Shown in pieces: positions 26,741 through 39,650 of a stretch of 54,690 nucleotides of DNA (positions within the stretch are counted from its first letter, which is position 1; each line of letters opens with the position of its first letter). The stretch is from NCBI RefSeq assembly GCF_001194135.2, contig NC_068993.1, forward strand, positions 55,117,745-55,172,434, in the 5' to 3' direction. The position numbers and the translations under genes were made by a program. The notes beneath the pieces are model-generated. The model worked only from the letters and a program-made list of their open reading frames with translations. It made no database searches and had not been told where the DNA came from. This DNA is from Octopus bimaculoides (Eukaryota).

Positions 26741-27203
26741 ACAAAACAGTGCATTGTTAATATTTACAAATGATATTATATCTTTTCTTCTCCTCTTACA
26801 CTTTGATAACCTGAATGTAGCTTCTAATCACACAGCCATACTGGCACCCAAAGACACTCAATAACAATGCACTGAGGAGATACGATAAAGGATCAATAAC
26901 ATCTTGCAGTGGTTGAAATGCAAGTAAACAGCAACAATTGTCAACAGGGAGAGGAAGGGGGAATCTCTAAAACATTTACAGATAAATAGGCATCTTTTAT
27001 TTCAGTCATTAGACTGCTGTGGCCATACTGGGGCACCACCTTGAAGAAAATTTAGTTGAATGAATTGATCCCAGTATTTAGTTTTATATACAGCCTGGTA
27101 CTTATACTGTCAGTTTCTTTTGCCAAACTGCTAAGTTGTGCAGATGTAAATTCCAACATTGGTTGTCAAGCAGTGGGAAGGACAAGCACAGACACACTCA
27201 CAC

Positions 27204-27272
<69 letters not shown>

Positions 27273-28444
27273 TTTCAGTTTCCATCAACCAAATCTACTC
27301 ACAAGGCTTTGGCTGCCCCAAGGATACAGTAGAAGACACTTGCTGAACCCACAATTCTGTTGTTGGGAAGCAAGCTTCTTACCGCACAGCTATAGACTTA
27401 TATGGAAAGAGCTTCTGGTTTCCCTGCCTGGATATAAACAATGGAATTGGAGATTTGTTTTGATTAAGAATTCAAACCAGGTCACTGATTCTTTAAGAGA
27501 CCAGCTGCCTTATAGTACTTCACATTATACGATATTCATATTCATAATTACCGACTTTAGCTCAAGGCAACAAATTTGTAAGGAAATTTCTAACCCGACT
27601 GATACGAGAGAAAAGGAGGGAAATGACAGGGTCAACCGTGTAACGGAATACTGGTGAATGTTGTAAAGGAATTAAATACAGCATTACCAATTCTGCTGCA
27701 CCACTGGTCTAAAATAATAAATGAAATTGTAGAAAGGATGTGTGTGGAAGGGGATTGTTGATACACTGGTTCCTTTTCTTTCGTTTAGTTCAGTTATTTG
27801 ATATTCTTCAGAAATCCGTGAATTTGTTCTCCCATTTAAGTACTGACCTCACACACAATCTCTTTTTTGCTCTTTGTCTTTACAAGACTTTTCAACCAAA
27901 ATAATAAATAAACTGATAAATAATGACAACTTGAAGGACACATTATGTAATTTCAGATTGTCAAATAAATAAGGACACACACACACACACACATGCATAG
28001 ACACGCATAGATACATAGGCCATAATTGAGATTTGAATACATAAACACAAAAGGCCACAATGCATTTCAGAAAATAAAAAATATAATATATTAAGGAATG
28101 TTCAAAGAAATCAAAAGACAATAACAACAACAACAATAATAATAATGGGTTCAAACTTTGGTACAAGGCCGGCAAAGCAAGGTTGACCCCGGAAGAATTT
28201 GAACTGAGAACATAGAGACAAATGAAGTACCACTAAGTATTTTGTTTGGTGTGCTAATGATTCTGCCAGCTCACCACCTTTAATAGTTCTTTCTACTATA
28301 GGCACAAGGTCTGAAATTTTTTAAGGGCTGGAGCTAGTTGATTATATCAACCCTGAAGGGATGAAAAGCAAAGTCAACCTCAGTGGAATCTGAACTCAGA
28401 ACATTAAAAAAAAAAATGCTATCAAGCCTGCCGCCTCACCGCTT

Positions 28445-28897
28445 TTAACTCGTTAGTATCGCTCACATTATTCTGCCAAAAATAATACTTATTAATTCAT
28501 ATTGTTTCCAATTAACCAAGCATTATTTTGTTGTTTCAATATTTTGATGATGTGATTGTTTATTTTTAGAATGACATTATAGGATTGATGGGAGAGGCCG
28601 GATCGAACCAGTTTGAACATAAAACATGTAGAATTATTCAGCCAGATTTGGCCAGTTTAAACGCTACATGGTTAACCCTTTAGCATTCAGATCATTCTGT
28701 CAAATGCAATGCTAATTCATTCACATTGTTTTTAATTAATCTTGCATAATCTTGTAGCTTTGAGATTTTGATGAGGTAACTTAATTCTTAGAATGATATT
28801 GTAGGGTTGATGCGAGAGGCCAGATCTGACTGGTTTGAGCATAAAACAGGTAGAATATTTTGGCCAGATATGGCCGGTTTAAATGTTAAAGACTTAA
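28445..28897. mobile_element. Two tandem ~225-bp TTAA-flanked (piggyBac-type) MITEs, family D
   Basis: TTAA at 28445, 28672 and 28894; ends ttaaccctttagcatt...aatgctaaa(g/t)ggttaa. Other copies at ~2215-2350, 10470-10690, 11457-11682 and 44654-44930. Confidence 0.7.
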
Positions 28898-31467
28898 TAA
28901 ATAATAATAATAATGGTTTCAAATTTTGCCACAAGGGCAGCACTTTTGGAGGGAGGGGATGAGTCGATTACATTGACCTCAGCATTCAACTGCTACTTAT
29001 TTTATTGACCCCAAAAGGATGAAAAGTAGAGTCAACCTTAGTGGAATTTGAACTCAGAACATCATGATGAACAAAATGCCGCTAAGCATTTTGCCCGATG
29101 TGCTAACGATTCTGCCAGCTCACCGCCTTAATAATAACGAATATATTATTTGGAAAATTGAAAATAAACTAGCAACTAACAGTGGTAATACAAGATTTGA
29201 ATACTGGAAACTTTTGATTAGCTCAAAAGACATTCATTCATTCATTGATCGAGAAGCAGCAGCAGCACTGGGGTAGATGTAATTGACTTAATTACTCCTG
29301 GACATGAGTATAAAAAACAGCATCCACCTGCCAAGCCATATTGAGCAGGTGTGGAAGAGTAGACTCACCAAACCGGGATGATCTGAAGCTAAAATGCACA
29401 TCAGAAAGTGGTCGGTGGAGATTGTTTTGGCTTGAATTTGAGCTACAGAAACACAAATGTTTCTTAATTGAATAGGTGCCACATTGTTACTGCAAATGGC
29501 CCTTAGAATGTTCTGAGCTGATTTTGTGTTTTTAATATATATAAACAAAAATAAATGAGGTTAGAAGTTAAAAGATTCCGGAGATATAGAAGAGATATCA
29601 ATGAGAGTAACTCATGTATCAAGAAGTTATCCATCATGAAAAACGTGTTGATCACCATTGGTTGAAACCCATCACAAGGTCCAGGCCATGTTGCAGTGTT
29701 GCCACTTGTGTACCTCAATGGCGCTGAGAGCCGTGCCAGCAGAGCACAAGCTCTTGGGTGGGCCTACGCATGCAGGATAGTTCAAAGGATAGGGGCCAGA
29801 CTAATATGGACTACCTCATTCCAGGGTAAAAATGGGTTTGCAAAGGGCCAACATCCAATTAAAAAAATTAAAGATAAAAAAAATGTTTTTAAAGTTATAA
29901 ACGTATTCAATGACAATTCAAAAGAACAGAACCTGTGAGAGGGAAAAAGACACCCCAGAATCAAGAAAAAGAATGAAAAGTCATTGACAACCCACCTATG
30001 CTCCACAGGGAATGGAGGGCTTAAAAAAGGTATGGATTCAAACAAGTGGCAAATGGCAAAAATTTATCCAGAGGACATCAAATGAAAATAAGAAATGCAA
30101 AGATATGAACAAGTGCAATAGAAATTTAACAGATAATTAATATTCTGAACAACAACAACAACAACAAAAATGAATTTCTTGAAAGCAGTTGCTCAAAATC
30201 TGCAATTTGAATTTCTTAATTATCCTTTATTTGTTTTAGTCATTAGATTGTGGCCATGCTTGGGCACCACTGTGGAGAATTTTAGTCAAACAAATCAACC
30301 CCAGTATTTTTTTTTTTTTTTAAGCCTGGTACTTATTTTATCAGTCTCTTTTTTTCTTTTCTACCAAACTGCTAAGTTACAAGGACATAAACACATACAA
30401 AAAAAAAACACACAGATATATGTATATAAGATAGGTTCCTTTCTGTTTCCATTTACCAAATCCACTCACAAGGCTTTGGTCAGGACAAAGCTACAGTAGA
30501 AGAAACATGCCCAAGGTACCATGCAGTGAGACTGAACCCGAAAGCATGTGGTTGAGAAGCAAACTTCTTACCACAGAGCCACACCTGCACCTATCAATAC
30601 ACAATGTTTTAGTCGGATCATTTTTTTCCTTTTATTCTGGATAAATTTTTTAAATAAATTACTTGAAAATAACTTCTAGTTTACAGCAATACTTTTTCTT
30701 CTACATAAATACCAAAGTTTATTTATATATCCGTTTATATTCTATATACACAATTTTACATACATTTCTTTGTTTTGATTTGTTCAGTAAAATATAGGAA
30801 AGAAAAAAAAAAAAAAGATTTTTTCATGTATGGAAGGATTTTATCCTAACAATATTTTCATGGTGTCATTTCCTTTTCAGACACTCCATTCCAGTAATCA
30901 TTATTCATCACAAAATAATGAGCTTGCACAGTTGTTAGCATGTCAGACAAAATGCTTAGCAGCTTTCAACATTTTATGTTCTAAGTTCAAATTCTGCTGC
31001 AGTCAAATTTCCCTTTTGTCCTTTCGGGATTGATAAAATAAGTTTAGTTGAACAATGAGATCGATATAATTAACTTAGCCCTTAACCCCAAACTAAAATT
31101 GCTTGCCCTGTGCCAAAATTTGAGACAGCTATTCCACACATCTTAACATTGATAGAAAGAGAAAGTTTATATTCTCTAACTCCAGTTTCAATACCTCGTT
31201 TAGGCACCATTTAATAATCAGGTGGCATTCTGATTTTGATGCTGGCAATCCGGTGATGAATTGGTTGATGTTAAATTAACCAATAATGAACTAACAGGGG
31301 ATAAAACAACCTGATACCTTACACAAACACACACATACACAGAAATACATATGTATGCCTGTGTTCATGAAATGTGCATGTTTAAGGTATATGTGCATGT
31401 GCACACACACACATATCCAGATCAAATTTAAGATATGTGTGTATGTGTGTATACACACATACATTAA

Positions 31468-31552
<85 letters not shown>

Positions 31553-32080
31553 NNNNNNNNNNNNNNNNNNNNNNNNNNNNNNNNNNNNNNNNNNNNNNNN
31601 NNNNNNNNNNNNNNNNNNNNNNNNNNNNNNNNNNNNNNNNNNNNNNNNNNNNNNNNNNNNNNNNNNNNNNNNNNNNNNNNNNNNNNNNNNNNNNNNNNNN
31701 NNNNNNNNNNNNNNNNNNNNNNNNNNNNNNNNNNNNNNNNNNNNNNNNNNNNNNNNNNNNNNNNNNNNNNNNNNNNNNNNNNNNNNNNNNNNNNNNNNNN
31801 NNNNNNNNNNNNNNNNNNNNNNNNNNNNNNNNNNNNNNNNNNNNNNNNNNNNNNNNNNNNNNNNNNNNNNNNNNNNNNNNNNNNNNNNNNNNNNNNNNNN
31901 NNNNNNNNNNNNNNNNNNNNNNNNNNNNNNNNNNNNNNNNNNNNNNNNNNNNNNNNNNNNNNNNNNNNNNNNNNNNNNNNNNNNNNNNNNNNNNNNNNNN
32001 NNNNNNNNNNNNNNNNNNNNNNNNNNNNNNNNNNNNNNNNNNNNNNNNNNNNNNNNNNNNNNNNNNNNNNNNNNNNNNNT
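31553..32080. other. Assembly gap (N run)
   Basis: Run of n. Confidence 1.
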
Positions 32081-32225
32081 TTTTCTCCTTGTCTCCGTAT
32101 TCTTTCTGTTGAAGAGCGTAGCTCGAAACGTCAAAGACTTTCCGTATTCCCGAGCGTCATACTAATATATACTTTTGTTATTTACACCACCTGTCCTCGT
32201 CTGTTGTTATTTTTTGTATATTCTC

Positions 32226-32228
<3 letters not shown>
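32081..32228 (+). mobile_element. Penelope-like element (pLTR) end fragment
   Basis: Carries the typical PLE terminal motif ...ctgttgaagagcgtagctcgaaacgtc...; lies directly beside the N gap. Family assignment is from recalled similarity. Confidence 0.55.
32101..32137 (+). ncRNA. Minimal type I hammerhead ribozyme motif (variant core)
   Basis: Stem I tcttt/aaaga; core CTGTTGA(A); stem II gagc-gta-gctc; GAA; palindromic stem III ACGT; GUC cleavage triplet ending at 32132. Confidence 0.55.
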
Positions 32229-32276
<48 letters not shown>

Positions 32277-33121
32277 TTTACATAACTACTTTTTGAGAAA
32301 CAAACAGCCAAAAATTTTGGACATGTGTTTCGGGTGTGACAAAAGAGAAAAAAAAATCATTATAATTGAAAATTTTAAGAAACTAACCAGTTATTCTGCA
32401 ACTAAACTATGGTGTTCAGTTGTATGAGGTTTTGCATGGAGGAAGTTCATGTAGCTGTGTATATCTACACAAACTGAGACCAACACAATGTTCAATTATT
32501 TTCAACGACTGTGTGTGTATTGACTTTGCATGTGTATGTTCTCATGTATGTATGGGTGGGTGTAAGTATGCATAAATGTACACCTATACAGCCGTGCATT
32601 TATATCTGTATGTTTGATTATGTGTGTGTATGAATATCTGTATGTATGTGTATGAAAGTGTGTGCATGAATATGTATCTATGTGTTTATATTTATATGTT
32701 TAGGTGTGCGTGTATTGCGTGTTGTTGTTTTTTTTTTTTTTACCTAAAGAGATACAATAAATAAGCAAAGAGACAAAATTGAAAATTGATCCAAAGTTAT
32801 AATAGGAAGTGAAACTGTCAATCAATAAATAAGGTCCGGATTATATAAATATTTGCAGAGGATGGGAGGTAACTCTGCTGCCGTCGAGTATTGGTCACCT
32901 ACCTTCTCTGACACATACACATACTGGTATCTATTAAAAACACGTCTGAAAGCTACAATATGTTGATTTTAAACATTTTCAATCCTTGTAGAGAAGACTT
33001 TGCAAAAAAAAAAAAAAAAAAAAATTTTTTAAAAAGGGGCAGCAGTCATCCTCCACCAATACTGATATCCAAAGACACACAGACCGACAGCCAATAAATA
33101 ACAGACTGCTATGTGTGGTCC

Positions 33122-34615
33122 TCATGAAACAAGATCATCTAACATAATATACTTTATGAGGGGAGACGGCAGTTTGCGCTGTGCTGCCAAATAATTTAGC
33201 TTAGCTTGCAGGTCTTCACCAAACATGTGTCGGATTGCAAGACGTGTAGAATGAGCCAAAGAACATGGGGAATGGATGTAATCGAGAACCCATTTCTCTA
33301 AGTCTGGCTGAGCTTGTAAAGCAGCGGGAAGGTTTTGTCTCCGAAGCCAGATATCTTTCACTGGACATCCGGCACGAATGAGCAGTTTTATAATAGTCTC
33401 GTCACCCAATTCAAATGCATATTGAATAGGTGTCATTGGTTTCAATAGACAGTATTTATTGCAAGGAATGTTCAATTGACTGTTGGCCCTGAGCAGAAGT
33501 CGAATTAAATAGAGGTTTTTAAGCCCAACAGCTAAGTAAAGCGGTGTTTGTCCCATTTTACCTTCAGTACGTATCCTAACGCCACTCTCGAGAAGAAGTT
33601 CCAAGATTTTCAACGACTGAGATAGAATCGGTAACAAAACAAGGGGAACTTTCTTTTGTTTGTTTCTGTAATTGATATCTGCCCCAAACTGAATGAGAAT
33701 ATTAACAAGATCGTAGTTGTTGTCGTTCACAGCAATCCACAATGGCGTCTCGTCTAAATTGTTCTTTATGTTTAAATTGGCTTTCGCTGCTAATAGATGA
33801 ATTACAGCTTTTACATCGCTTTTTGCAGTTGCAATGTGCAGCGGTGTTGATCCGTCGACGTTACAGATGTCTGGAGACGCACCTGCATCCAGCAATAGCT
33901 TCAGGCTCGAGTAGTTTACTGTTTTATTAGAGACAACTAACAAGAGAGGAGTGAGTCCATTGTTAAACACAGCATTCACGTCAGCACCACCATTCACTAA
34001 CAAACATATCAAAGCAGGGTCTTCTTTAACAATGGCCAAGTAAAGAGGAGACAGGTTGATGTTTGGACATAAATTGCAATCACAGCCAATGTCAACGAGA
34101 AACTTGAGAGTTTTATAGAATTGCAGCTTCAATCCAGTCTGATAGCAAAGTAAAGCCCTTAGTAAAGGAGTTAATCCCTGCTTATTGATGGCATCCTTCA
34201 CTGCACCATCATAATCTAACAAAACTTTGGTGCACATATGATGTGCATACATGGCAGCCAGATGCAGTGCCGAATCACCATTTTTGTCAGGCAAACTCAC
34301 TTCAGCACCATAACGAATTAGTAGATGAAGGCCTTCAACAACTCCATTTTTCACCATAATATGGATTCCAGCCTGACCAAGGTGCCATGACTGAACAAAT
34401 GGCTCAGTAAAGCGATGATTTACCACAGTTGGAGTAGATTGTAAAATCTTTTCTACAGCACTCAGATCATTGTTGATCAATGCTTGGTAGAAGTTGTAGA
34501 CTACAGCAACAACTCCATTAATGGGTAACATAGAGCTGTCATCGTTATCACAAGGCAGTGAGAGAGAATCACATAGAAAGAGAGGCGGTTCACTCAGCTT
34601 CGGAAACTGCTCCAT
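33122..34615 (-). CDS. Ankyrin repeat and SOCS box-containing (ASB-like) protein, 497 aa, intronless CDS
   Basis: About 10 ankyrin repeats (GDSALHLAA, GLTPLL, GSTPLHIA, DETPLWIA, GQTPLYLA and others) and a C-terminal SOCS box (PCSLAHSTRLAIR...LP.PLIKYI). Intact ORF with strong Kozak context (atcATGG) and an in-frame upstream stop. Confidence 0.93.
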   Translation of the reverse strand: MEQFPKLSEPPLFLCDSLSLPCDNDDSSMLPINGVVAVVYNFYQALINNDLSAVEKILQSTPTVVNHRFTEPFVQSWHLGQAGIHIMVKNGVVEGLHLLIRYGAEVSLPDKNGDSALHLAAMYAHHMCTKVLLDYDGAVKDAINKQGLTPLLRALLCYQTGLKLQFYKTLKFLVDIGCDCNLCPNINLSPLYLAIVKEDPALICLLVNGGADVNAVFNNGLTPLLLVVSNKTVNYSSLKLLLDAGASPDICNVDGSTPLHIATAKSDVKAVIHLLAAKANLNIKNNLDETPLWIAVNDNNYDLVNILIQFGADINYRNKQKKVPLVLLPILSQSLKILELLLESGVRIRTEGKMGQTPLYLAVGLKNLYLIRLLLRANSQLNIPCNKYCLLKPMTPIQYAFELGDETIIKLLIRAGCPVKDIWLRRQNLPAALQAQPDLEKWVLDYIHSPCSLAHSTRLAIRHMFGEDLQAKLNYLAAQRKLPSPLIKYIMLDDLVS

Positions 34616-34640
34616 GATTCCAGCTCACTCCATAAGAACT

Positions 34641-34660
34641 CTGAAAGAGGAGAAAAGTAG
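34641..34660 (-). other. Splice acceptor of the ASB coding exon (exon starts at 34640)
   Basis: Minus strand reads ctacttttctcctctttcag|AGTT, 25 nt before the ATG. Confidence 0.75.
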
Positions 34661-35861
34661 GTTTTAAGCTAGAGACCTCCAAATCTTTGAAGAGGGTGTT
34701 ATTGAAAAGAATTTAAATTTAAATTAAACAATCTAATTAATAAACAGTAGCTTTATCCAACCCCACTCTTCAATATCAAAAAAAATGTATAGAGGTAAAA
34801 ATAATCTAAATGGATTAGGTATTGAGCTACCAACTGATGTGTTTTCAGTTCATATTTTACAGAATGTCTTTCATGGTACCGCTTAAAAAGGAAAAAAAAA
34901 ACCATCACTCTGCATTTCCTAACTCTACAGAGCTAGTACAGTTAGTACTAGAGCTTCTGAAGGAAAATACAGAGACAGTAGACTAGTTTCCCAGCCAGGA
35001 AGATAATCATTTTACTGCTTTTGTAAATGCAGAGACTGCAGTCAATTAATTCATACTTAATATATTAAAAGTAATTTATTTTATTGCACCCTAGAAATGA
35101 TGAAACGTATCTCAACAATATTTGAAACACCACATTAGATTGCATAAGCTACTGAGAGAGCCTAATTGGTCACTCAAACAAGAAATAACAGCCAAACTCC
35201 CTCATATCATGTCCTCAATGTCTTAAAAAAAAAAAAAAAGAGCAATTTTAAAATGTGATCGTATGTATACAAATAGACCAAAAGGTCAAGGATAAGAAAT
35301 GCTCTGACCATAGGTCTGGTGGATCAAGGCTGATCTTGAGTTAAACAACGATAACAAAGTATCTATCTAGTTGAGAACTGTAACAGTTATATGACACTTC
35401 CACCGAAAAATACAATACTTAAAGAATTGTTAGAGGAGAGACATGGAATATTGGAGATACAGAATGAGGTGTGTGTGCATCTGTGTGGCAAAACAAGTCT
35501 ATCAAAATTAACATAGAAAAAACAGATCCTTGAGCAATACTAACCATATTACTACTAGTTGAAGTGGCCAACTAGATCGCCACATGAGACAGATATTTGA
35601 CTTACAGTAAGGGTGGAGACAGCTTTGAGAGTGAAGTGTGTTGGTGATAGTCATCATGCAGGAATATGATCTGGCTGTCCATTACCTACCCTGTTCCCTC
35701 AGCCATCTACTCAGAAATCTTATCTCATCATATTATTTAATGTCTACTTCCCATGCTGGCATAGGAACGTGGTGAGCTGCAGAGCTGTGTCGGCTCAAAT
35801 GTCATCTTTGGCATGGTTTCTATGGCTATGCACCCTTCCTATATATCATCATCATCATCAT

Positions 35862-36089
35862 TTAACCATTTTGTTACTGTATTTATTTTGAGATGCTCAG
35901 TGTTTCTTTCAATTACTTTAAATACAACAAAGAATTTAATAAAATAACTTAGTTATAATTCAGCTAGTGTTAGGAACATAAATTGTGACTAAGGTTTGGT
36001 GGAAGATTTTAATTCAAAATTTATGAAAACAAGACATTTGTACTCAGAGCCAGAGCCGGCTTCAGCCAGGTTGGTAACAAAAGGGCTAA
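35862..36089. mobile_element. TTAA-type MITE, family E
   Basis: ttaaccattttgttac...gtaacaaaagggctaa; partial copies at ~12075-12300 and 44510-44650. Confidence 0.6.
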
Positions 36090-36949
36090 TGTCCATTTAA
36101 TGTCCACATTCCCTGCTGGCATAGGTCGGATGGTTTGACAAGATCTGATGCATCCAAGGACTACATCATGCACTAATGTCTACTTTGGCATGGTTTCTAC
36201 ATCTAGATGCCCTTCCTAACACCAACCACTTTACAGAGCGTAGTGGGCACTTTTTTCATGGCACCAGCACTAATGAGGTTGCCATGTAACTTGCTAGACA
36301 GAAAAAGAACAGCACAAAAGGTAAAGGAACAAGCTGCCACCACTAAGAGGAAGGATTTGGCTAATTTAAAAGCGCTACATACTTCAACAATGGACCACTA
36401 TGATTATTTATTGGTGTTCTGAAATAACAGATGTGAAGGAAGATAATGCTATTTACAAGTCACACAAAATAACAAAAATAAAAGACTAGAACTCAGAAAT
36501 GCTACCTGGGTTCGAGGTTATGTCAAATGAAGTGAAACAACTTGGTAGGAAGTTTAGAGTGAGACAGGGTGGCAAGAGCATGGAAGTAACATGTAAAAGT
36601 AGAGGTTGCACAAGATATCGGCGGTTTAGCAGTAATAAATGTTGACAGAAGTTTAAAAGACACACAAGGCAACAGGTTTTACAGGTTTTACAAACTAGTA
36701 GGTGTGTAAGTATCACACTAGGTAACAAAGGTTCGAACATCACATGAAGAACAAGGGTTTGGAGGTCAAGCATAGGTTACAAAGTAGAAACGTTTAGTTA
36801 TCAGTGGTCAACAGGTGAAGCTCAGACTGACCATAAGACAATAATAGCATCTAAGGCTATCTTACACACCATTGTGCCCATTGCATTGTCATCTCATTTA
36901 CCATCATATTTAGAACATTATTTGTAGCAAATTACAATCTCATCAGTGA

Positions 36950-37262
36950 AGGTATGCTTAGTGGGTATGGTGTTTGGCTTGCGATTGTAAGGTCACAAGT
37001 TCAATTCTTGGATGCACATTGTATCCTTGAGCAAGACACTTTATTTCATGTTGCTCCAGTCCACTCAACTGGCAAAAATGAGTAGTACATGTATTTCAAA
37101 GGGTCAGCTTTGTCACATTTTATCTCACACTGAATCACTTGAGAACTACAGTAAGAGTACACGTATCTATGGAGTGCTCAGCCACTTGCACATTAATCAC
37201 ACGAGCAGGCTGTTCTATTGATTGGATCAACTGGAACACTTGCTTTGTAACCAATGGACTGA
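36950..37262 (+). mobile_element. Further tRNA-derived SINE family (head ..GCTTAGTGG....GTTCAATTC, body TCCTTGAGCAAGACACTTTATTTC)
   Basis: Pol III A/B boxes; homologous copies at ~37930-38140, 38240-38500, 44385-44490 and 18790-19010 (-). Confidence 0.72.
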
Positions 37263-39650
37263 TAAGAAAAAAAACCCATCTCACCATTAACGAGCCTTGT
37301 CATTACACACACACACATACAATATAGTTTCACATACCTAATATGCTGAGTTAATAGCTTTGATTAACTTAGATTATCCTGGCAATTTAAATGACACACA
37401 AAAAAAGCCCTCTGGGAGGTCTAAAATCTAAACCAAGGAAGATAACTTCAGTAACCACTAATCCACCTTTTGAGAAGGAAAGACAATGCTTTTAAGAGAT
37501 AGATTTGAGAAACATATTTTCATTTTATTAGATCAGATTAGCAAAGTATATTCAAAGTGATGCTGTATAATGACTATCAAGGTTGTTATAACCAGAAATG
37601 CTAGTGGGGATGGCATGTGTCTCAAATAGCCTCTGACAGCCAAGTCCAGCTCCTGTCCTGCTCAGCAGCTAGATGTTAGCCTGATGGAATAGCTTCACAC
37701 TGACAGAAGGGTCAGGGGCAGATTCTTACAGATAGATGGAGCTTGTTGGCCTGGAAGGCAGTCCATCAACAACAGGGACTGAAGGAAAATATATCAGTGT
37801 TCTGTATGCTGAATATACATGTAGAGTTTCTTACATGTAAAATAGTGAGTCAAAAAACTTCGATTAACTGAGGTAATCTTTGCAATTAGAAAGTAAAAAT
37901 TTCCTCTACTACATGTGTATCTGGAAGCGTGTAGCCTTATGAACTCATGATCATAAGATTGTGGTTTCAATTCCTAGACCAGGCGATGCACTATGTTCTT
38001 GAGCAGAAGACTTCATTCCTCATTTTTGCCAGTCCATTCAGCTGGCAAAAATGAGTAATCCAGCAATGGACCAACATCCCATCCAGTGGATAAATATATA
38101 TACACTATAGAAACTAGTCCTCATGCGTCCATAGGGCTTGAGAAGGATGCTTTATTTTTTATTTATGCATTTGTATCTAGCATGCAGAGCAATGTCTCGA
38201 GATATGTTCCTACTGGTATTCACAATGTTAAAGTTTAACCTTCTCGTAAGGCTGTAAGTTCAATTCCCAGTGGTGCGTTGTGTCTTTCAGCAAGATACTT
38301 TATTTCAGTATACAAATTGTACTTGTATTTCAAAAGGTAGACCGCGTCACATCTGGTGTCACGCTGAATTCTCCCCCCAGATCTGCGTTAAGGGTACGTG
38401 TGTCAATGGAGTGCTCAGACACTTGCACATTAGTTTCGCGAGCTGGCTGTTCCGTTGATCGTACCAGCTGGGACACACGTCTTCATAACTGATGGAGTGC
38501 CGGTTTTTTGTTTTGTTCTTTGTGTAGCAGTGAATAGGTGGTTAGTACGTAAAAAGGTTTAAATCTACAATTACATATTGAACAATGACAATGAAGATAT
38601 AGCTTCACCAAATAACTATTATTTATACTCCTGTAAGGTGATCATTCCTACAATCTTTTTCTTATTCTGCTGAATTATATCATTACATCTTTACGAGCTT
38701 ACGGACATGAAGGAGAAACACATTTCATCAAAGACGGTTAAGTTACCTCCCTTGAAAATTTCTAAATTACTTCCCTTGAATGTAATTTACATATATATTT
38801 ATTGGTGCCTTGAATGCAAACATAAAACTATTTATCTATAATAAACACACACGTGCAATCATGTAAGAACTGCTAACAATGGAACAAAGCCACAAACGTT
38901 TGTGAAGGAGTGTAATTGACTGAATCCACTAAGTACTTCACTGATATTTATTTTATCAATCTTACAATGATGAAAAACAAAGCAGGCTCCAGCAGGATTT
39001 GAACTGGCTGATCTAACGTTCAGCCCTGTAATAATAATAATAATCCTTTCTACGAAAGGCACAAGGCCTGAAATTTGGGGGAGAAGGGGACGAGTCCTTA
39101 ATATCGACCCCAGTGTTTCACTGGTACTTATTTTATCGAGTCCGAGTGAAAGGCAAAGTCGACCCTGGCGTAATTTGAACTCAGAACGTAAGGACGGACG
39201 GAATGCCGGTAAGCATTTTGCCTGGCGTAATAACGATTCTGCCAGGTCGCCGCCTTAACAACAACAACAACAACAATAATAATAATAATAATAATGATGA
39301 TGATAATAATTTCAATTTTTGGCACAGGGGCAGCCATTTGGGGGGAGGGGATGAGTTTGTTACATCAAGTGGTTCCCTGGTACCTATTTTATCGAACCCA
39401 CTCTTGCAAAGTGTTATTATCGTTGGAGACATATTCAGGTGTAGGAGGTTGGTTGAGAATTTTTTGAAGAAATTTGTCCAGTGGACATTTGAATCTTATG
39501 ACAGCTTATATCTTAACCTTCGTTGACAGTATTTTATTTGATTTTTTCATGCTACTTGTTGAAAATTTCCATTTCCATTTCTGCACAGTGAATTAGTCCT
39601 GTGCATTATTATTATTATTAATAATAATAATAATATATTATATACACACA

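Noticed and set aside
27136-27657. 173-aa ORF and the many 60-120-aa ORFs with YIYI/ERER/HTHT/CVCV runs
   Set aside because: These are translations of microsatellites and SINEs, with no domain signatures.
32990-33035. A-run near the ASB stop as a retrogene poly(A) remnant
   Set aside because: The run is A on +, hence U on the ASB sense strand, and no TSD was seen. A retroposed origin remains unproven.
36950-37030. tRNA-like heads of SINEs as tRNA genes
   Set aside because: They have A/B boxes but no complete cloverleaf, and each continues into a repeated SINE body.
38690-38745. Perfect + strand donor (GACG|GTAAGT) suggesting an antisense exon
   Set aside because: No convincing acceptor, reading frame or partner exon; such motifs occur by chance in 55 kb.
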